DNA from: Oopsacas minuta
Taxonomy: Eukaryota; Animalia; Porifera
Direction of reading: 5' to 3'
NCBI GenBank assembly: GCA_024704765.1
Contig: JAKMXF010000311.1
Location: forward strand, 358,426 to 422,425
DNA: 64,000 nucleotides
In this document: positions 57,901 through 64,000 of the stretch, in pieces
How positions within the stretch are numbered: the stretch's first letter is position 1
How the letters are laid out: each line of letters starts with the position of its first letter
Position numbers and translations under genes: made by a program
Notes under the pieces: generated by a model
The model's database searches: none
What the model was told of the DNA's origin: nothing
Seen by the model: only the letters and a program-made list of their open reading frames with translations

Positions 57901-60900
57901 TCTTATTCGAATGAATCATCCAACACAAGAATTATCACAATACCGCGTTTTATTCCCTGAAACAGTCTGGCCATCCAATTATCCAATCGCTATTTCATTC
58001 CAAAGACTTGTCGTATCATTTCCGTATAAATATAACTTTGCTTTGGTGGTTCACAAACTTACGAATATTTTAAAGTTCCTGAAGAGAACTCATTGGCCTA
58101 TTTCTACTGACAATACTCGTCTAATCGTACCTCCTGACATCATTTTGAGTGCAGAAGAAATTTTGATTGATCTCCCTGATGATGCATTTGAAGTTAAACT
58201 GAGAGATCAGTACGAACTCAAATCAGATGAATCTATGCAGAAATCACACCGTTGGCTATTACTGAATGAAAAAATTCGCGGGATAAAATCACAAGAAGGC
58301 GAACTAGGAACTTCTGATAAAATAGCTTCTCTACAGGAATCGCTCAATACAGAAGATTCTATGGTGTATATTAATAGAGTAAAGTCTTTCTATCAGAAAA
58401 ATCCTATGAGACATTGGTTGTTAAGAATTAAACTATCAAAATGCTCACTCACTATCTTAGCTGATCCAAGTCTGCAGGGAACTAACAATCTATTCTGCTG
58501 GCTCGCTAAGCTTAATCCTGAATCTCCTATTACAGAGGATTTAGAGTTTAGTATTCTTTGGGGAAGATACACTAAAGGAATTGTAGCAAAGTTTGAATTA
58601 ACACTTAGAGATTATTCACAGCCTCTTTTAGCTATAGATAGGTTAGATTTCCAAGGCACTGTCTTGGGAGCAGAGCGGAAGGGCGGACCATTTTCAATCA
58701 GAGAGGGAAGTGTTGATATATTCCCGCCTTGGGAATCTTATAAACTTAATCTGAATGTCTGTCCATTAAAGTTTATACACGATCTTACAGCCGAGACTGC
58801 CAAGATCGATTTTGCATGGGGGGCTGCTTTTGAGTATGCTTGGAATCAGGTAGGAGAAGCTACGGAGATGTTATACTTACCTACAATTGACCCTTCACCG
58901 CCTCTCCCATTCTGGGATCGTATACGTATTAAAAGACATGGAAATTTTAGGTTAAAGTCTGATACATTTACGGTTTATGCCTTATCATCCAAAGATCCTT
59001 ATAACAATACTGAGAGTTTGGTTGTGGAAATGCAAGATTTTGAATTTCTGTGGTCGAAATGCAATCTGAAATTTGACGGTGAAGTTTCCTTTTTTGTCAG
59101 TACAGCTTCCAAGTACGATAATTGTCGTATTGCTTATCTTCCTAAAGCTTGCTTAGAGATTGAAATGAAATGGATAACTTCAGGTAATCTCATGGATCAC
59201 CATTCTATAGTTCCTATTAGTAAGTACCGAGCTAGTCCGCCATTTTCAGATTCATACTCTGCATTTCGTTCTTCTAATCTAGACCTTTCTATTTCATTTA
59301 ATATTCAATCAATTAATCGCTCTGGTCATGACTTGAAGCCGAAATTCGTTTGTTACGCCAGTACTATTCGGTGGCTTGAGAACTTCAAGAATAATGTAAT
59401 ACTTAATGTAACTCGTCCTACAAGGAAAGGCACTGTTTGGTACAATGTACGTATTCCTAAGAAGAAACTATCCAGACATTTCAGGATTGTTGCATTTGAT
59501 ATGAATCTTAACCATTTTCAGCTCAGTTACTGGAGTTCTTATAATAATCGTATTGGGCTAGTTTTTAGAGTCAATGCTTTGTCACTTAAGTCTGAATACA
59601 AATTAGCAATAAACCCAGTATTAGATGGACTTATACACAGACCCCGAGCTAAGTTCCATGTACAACATTGCTCTGTTGATACTTCAAACTTCAGAATTGA
59701 TACACGCTGTTTTAGCCCAAATATGGAAATGAAAGAGATAAAATTCGTTTACATAAGTGCATTCTCCTACACTTACAATACTACAAGTTTCAATAGAGAT
59801 AGTGTAGATGGAATTACGCCTTCAGAATCTAACCCTTATAGACACCATATAGAAGCTACTACTGTTAAATTCCTTTGGAATTGTTTTAACAGAAAGATTG
59901 TATTCAGTTTATATGAATCCTATGAGAATAGTCGGATATTACGTAAGAATATGTCTACTGAAGTTTTGATGAGTATTGCCCTCTTGAAGAAGGCTCTGAA
60001 ACAATCTTCTCTAGCAGAACACACGCCCGTTAGGCAGGACAACCATTTCCCATCTCCTAGTTCAGTGCAGAAATCTTCCAAGAGGATATTAGAGTTGGAC
60101 CGTTTCTTAGAACTACGAGAGAAGAGTCGCAGTCATGAAGACATAATGCGGTGCTCACAGCCTGAGGTACTCTTCCATGAGAACAGATGGTTGATAAATA
60201 TGAGAGAAATACAGCTAGCTTTGTGTTGTGAGAGAGAAGAGCAACAAGCAGGTGAGTATGGTGAAGGATGGCTACTGATAACCTCAGCACATTCATTCGT
60301 TACTGGTCTACTGGATGAACCACGATGGAATAAAGGAAGTTTACTTCAGAAGAAGATCTGGGAAGCTAGAATTAATCTTATTCAGTATTTTGCTTCTCAC
60401 TCATTCAGTAAGGCTGGACAAGTACCTTGGTTAGATTCAGCTTTGATTTTAGGAGAATCTAGTTCTAATGATACAATCTACAGCGAATTGTTCCCTCAGG
60501 AAGATGACCTCGCTCGGGAACAGCAGGATTTCGCATTAGGAGCTGTATACAGTAGTGAGGCTAGTGATTTACTGAGAATTGCTTATTCTACGTATTGCTC
60601 TGTTTCATATTCTACATATCACGAGTTAGAGAGTGAGAACTCTTCAGATTTGGAGATCTATTCCAGCAAAGAATCTCTGACCAGTAGTAATTCATTTAAC
60701 ACAGATACTGCTAGTTCATTCTATCTGAGACACCCTGAACTGAAGGTTGCTACATCATCAGTACAGTACTCTATTGTATTGGATATTGTCAATAATCTAT
60801 TGCTGCATTTTGAAACTGAGAAGAAGAAAGTAACACATCGTTATGAGCAGTTAAAATTCGAGATAGAGCTGAATAACTCTTGCAAAGATCTAGGAATTGT

Positions 60901-62191
60901 TCTCACGGAGTTTCAAGATCGTGTAAGGACACTAGCTTCTAAGGTTAGAACCTTAGAGAAGAATTTATACACCGCTGATCATGGACATAAAGGACCTCGG
61001 CCATTGAGTGGAGAAGGTGCTGGTATGATTTCTGGGGTAAGTACTCGTAGTTTGGATCTCCAGTCACAGTTCTCTCAAGCTAAAGACGATCTTGCTAGCG
61101 CTTCTCTAGATTTGAAACTTATTATCAAGTATATCAAGGAAGTCGAATTTACGAAGAGTAGCTCCGAGGGTAATGTAGAGATGGAATCTGGTTCATCTAC
61201 AACTCGAGAAGTTGATATTTGGTTAGAAGAAGCAAGATGGACACTATTGCAAGATGGACAGCTCGCTATTGCAGAGATTGACTTAGGGGAAGCTTTCTAT
61301 TGTGTGAGTACTAATCAGGATGGGAGTGGAGAGCATCGATTCGAGTTAGGATGTCTATCAGTGAGAAATCTATTGCCTAATACGCCATTTCCAAATGCCC
61401 TATCAGCTTATGACCCCGGGCTCTCAAACCCTAAGATTGATTGTAACTCTTCCCTAAGAATTTTCCTGAAAGAAAGAGCTCCTGTAGGAGGAATATACCT
61501 AAAGGAACATCTAGAGGTTAACCTGGTGCCTCTGGCTATTCGATTAACTAGGAGATTCTATAAAACATTGTTTGCATACTTTTTCCAGCAAACTTCTTCG
61601 TCAATGCATTCAGATTTGACAGATGGATTCGTGGCTGGTGCTGACGGAACTTCTCTCGATTTGGTTAGTTTAAGTGGAGATAGTGTTAATGGGGAAGATA
61701 TCGAGAGGATGAAAGAACGAGCTGGCAAGAACAAAAGTTTCATCTACATTAAGATTCCTGTTGTTCCTATCTGTCTATCTTATAAAGGCAATAAAGAAAA
61801 GAATATTGAAGATGTGAGGGACCTTGAATGCGTGTTTGGTCCGCTAGAATATCACAACCAGATTTATACATGGAAAGAATTATTTATTCGTCTAAAGAAG
61901 GAAATTAAGCGACTTGTTATATCGCAAGCATTCAAACGTAAAATTGGTATACGGACAAGTTTTGAAGTTCGACCTGGCTCGAATATTCAGGAAGCTGAAA
62001 AGGCGAAACTAATCGGCGTTCGCAAATCTCCGACTGTTACTCGCAAGAGAAAGAAGAAAGGTATGAAGTTAGCTATAGCAGATAGCGATTTTTCAACAAG
62101 TGTTCCAACTGATGAGTCAGACCAATCGGATTTTACTTGTAATGTCTCAGAACCTCTGCCTTTTCCTTATAACCATCAGCATGATTACTGA
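54939..62191 (+). CDS. BLTP2: Bridge-like lipid transfer protein 2 (KIAA0100/hobbit/FMP27); exons 54939-55297 and 55558-62191; about 2330 aa
   Basis: N-terminal TM, then ATTAG|gtaagt...catttag|ATGG in phase. Motifs PPDIILS..DDAFEVKLRDQYELKSDE, SPPLPFWDRIR..HG, KDPYNNTE and SIVLDIVNNLLL are typical of KIAA0100. Confidence 0.92.
55316..55395. mobile_element. Short MITE-like element (family 3) in BLTP2 intron 1
   Basis: TA-cagctggttgtaagaaca ... tgttcttataaccggca; related sequence at about 47558-47640. Confidence 0.5.
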
Positions 62192-62856
62192 TTTGTAACT
62201 GTTTTACTAATTGTTGTAAAATATTGAAGAGTAGAATGTTATTTATATGACAATTTGCTTAAGAAAAATTGGGTTTAATATTTTAGGTTATCATGGGTCT
62301 AAGAACAATCTTGCTGGCCATAGAGTTAATGTTATTGTATTGCGATTAATAAAGATATTCTTTAAGAAAATCTTCGTATAAATAAGGAAGGTTCCATTTG
62401 AGTCACGGGAATAGTCAGTTATAATATTTGTATAATTATTTGATTATTTTTGAATTTAGCGCATTTTTCTAAAATAGGAGAGAAATGATTATATTCTTAA
62501 CTTCATTATCAATATTAATTGTTATAAGAAATTGTATCACAAATAATAGCTTATAATATGAAAAACTCTGAGGTAGATCCTCTTGCACTTGCTTAGTAAC
62601 TTGGCCGTGAGTGGAAGAGAAATATTAATTCTTAAGTTCAATTCTGATCGTATATATGCTAGTTGGTGAGGTGCAGGCGTCACAACATGTTTTTACAACT
62701 ATACTATTTCCTAAGTTACCACCTGCAACACCTGCACTAGTGAAAAGAGTATAAATACAAGCAATATTTTCATTTGTAATATTTCTTCTACTTCAATCTC
62801 AGATGTCACAATTCTTCAATCTCTTTCGTCCTCCACGCTCCTATTCACTCTATCTC

Positions 62857-63228
62857 CTGCAATGCAATAGTCTTACTCTCAATTCTTCACTCACGTCTGC
62901 TCAATTTTCTGACAGAATTCTCGCAATTCTTCACTCACCTCTGCTCAATTTTCTGACAGAATTCTGTCAATTCGTCACTTACCTCTGCCCAGTTTTCTAA
63001 AGAGTTCTCTCAATTCTTGATCCACCTCTGCTCAATTTTCTGGCAGAATTCTCTCAATTCTTCACTCACCTCTGCTCAATTTTCTGGTATCATTCTCTCA
63101 ATTCGTCAATCGCCTCCGCTCAATTTTCGTACAGAATCCCCTCATTTCTTCCCTCACCTTGGCTCAATTTTCTAAAAGATTTCTCTCAATTCGTCACTCA
63201 CCTTTGCTCAATTTTCGTACAGAATCTC
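62857..63228. repeat. 44-bp minisatellite, about 8 diverged copies
   Basis: tcaattttct recurs at 62901, 62945, 62989, 63032, 63076, 63120, 63164 and 63208. Confidence 0.92.
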
Positions 63229-63534
63229 GATGTGTCAATCACCTGACATTCAAAATATAAATTCCTATCTAACTGAACCTAGAAACATTGGAGATGCTAA
63301 AGAAGTGATTGGAAATACAATTATTGCGTACGTTGATTGATTCTTATAATTGTAAAGAGCTTAGAATTATGATTTGAATATTTGAAATATTGTGGAACTT
63401 ATAATGCATAGGGTAGTGGAATAGTTATAATACAAAACATTCATAAAATAGATTAAACAAGTAATACAGTCAATGCAGGTTATATGAACATCGTCGTGAA
63501 CTGGAAATAATAGCCAGAAAACCAGAATGTGTTA

Positions 63535-63852
63535 GACAAGAACATGTTCTTATAACCAGTATGTCTTATATAATAACAAGTTGTTATAAACATGTTTGAA
63601 AAAAGAACAAGTTCTTATAACCAACAAGTGTTATATAAGAACATATTCTTGTAACCAGCATGTCTTATATAATGACATATTATTATAACCAGCATGTCTT
63701 ACATAATGACATATTATTATAACCAGCATGTCTTACATAATGACATATTATTATAACCAGCATGTGTTATATAATAACAAGTTCTTATAACCAGCATGTC
63801 TTATAGAAGAACAAATACTTATAAACAGCAATTCTTAGACAAGAACATGTTC
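63535..63852. repeat. 34-bp minisatellite (ttataaccagcatgtcttacataatgacatatta)
   Basis: Three near-perfect central copies (about 63649-63750) flanked by diverged copies. Confidence 0.92.
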
Positions 63853-64000
63853 TGATACGAGCTGTGGACGAGGACTTAAAGGTTATTTCAAGTAGATGAA
63901 TGTAGGCGGATGGCGTTTGATTGGATTCTAGCTGAAAAGGGTGAACCGGGGGGCGTGAGAATTTTTTGGAAAACAAGGAAAGGAGCGAGAATGTCTTCCC

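Noticed and set aside
62857-63852. CRISPR-like appearance of the regular repeats
   Set aside because: Contiguous tandem units without unique spacers, no cas genes, and a eukaryotic context.

Overview
This is AT-rich, gene-dense eukaryotic (animal) DNA with the standard code, short GT-AG introns (about 65-300 nt) and several very long single-exon ORFs. The compact organisation and gene content suggest an early-branching animal such as a glass sponge, which is inference only. Recognisable genes in order: WASHC4 (5' part); a 5-exon BLNK/SLP-76-like SH2 adaptor whose 3-kb intron hosts SLC25A32 and an orphan ORF; LRRC57; glycogenin; a putative tandem-DED protein; a TGN38/KCT2-like membrane protein; an MFS transporter; a kinase-less DDR-like receptor; an AT-hook orphan; cornichon; a Munc13-4/BAIAP3-like protein; a 7-gene cluster sharing an uncharacterised Cys-rich domain (three copies fused behind a ubiquitin-like domain ending in GG); BTBD19; a stand-alone proline-racemase-family gene; CARMIL; and BLTP2/KIAA0100. 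The top finding comes from manual splicing of 47809-42636 (minus strand). Nine exons with consistent phases and canonical sites give one 874-aa ORF joining an IRF DNA-binding domain to a complete but active-site-altered proline-racemase/L3HYPDH domain, i.e. a possible metabolite-sensing interferon regulatory factor. All exon models were derived by eye and need transcript confirmation.
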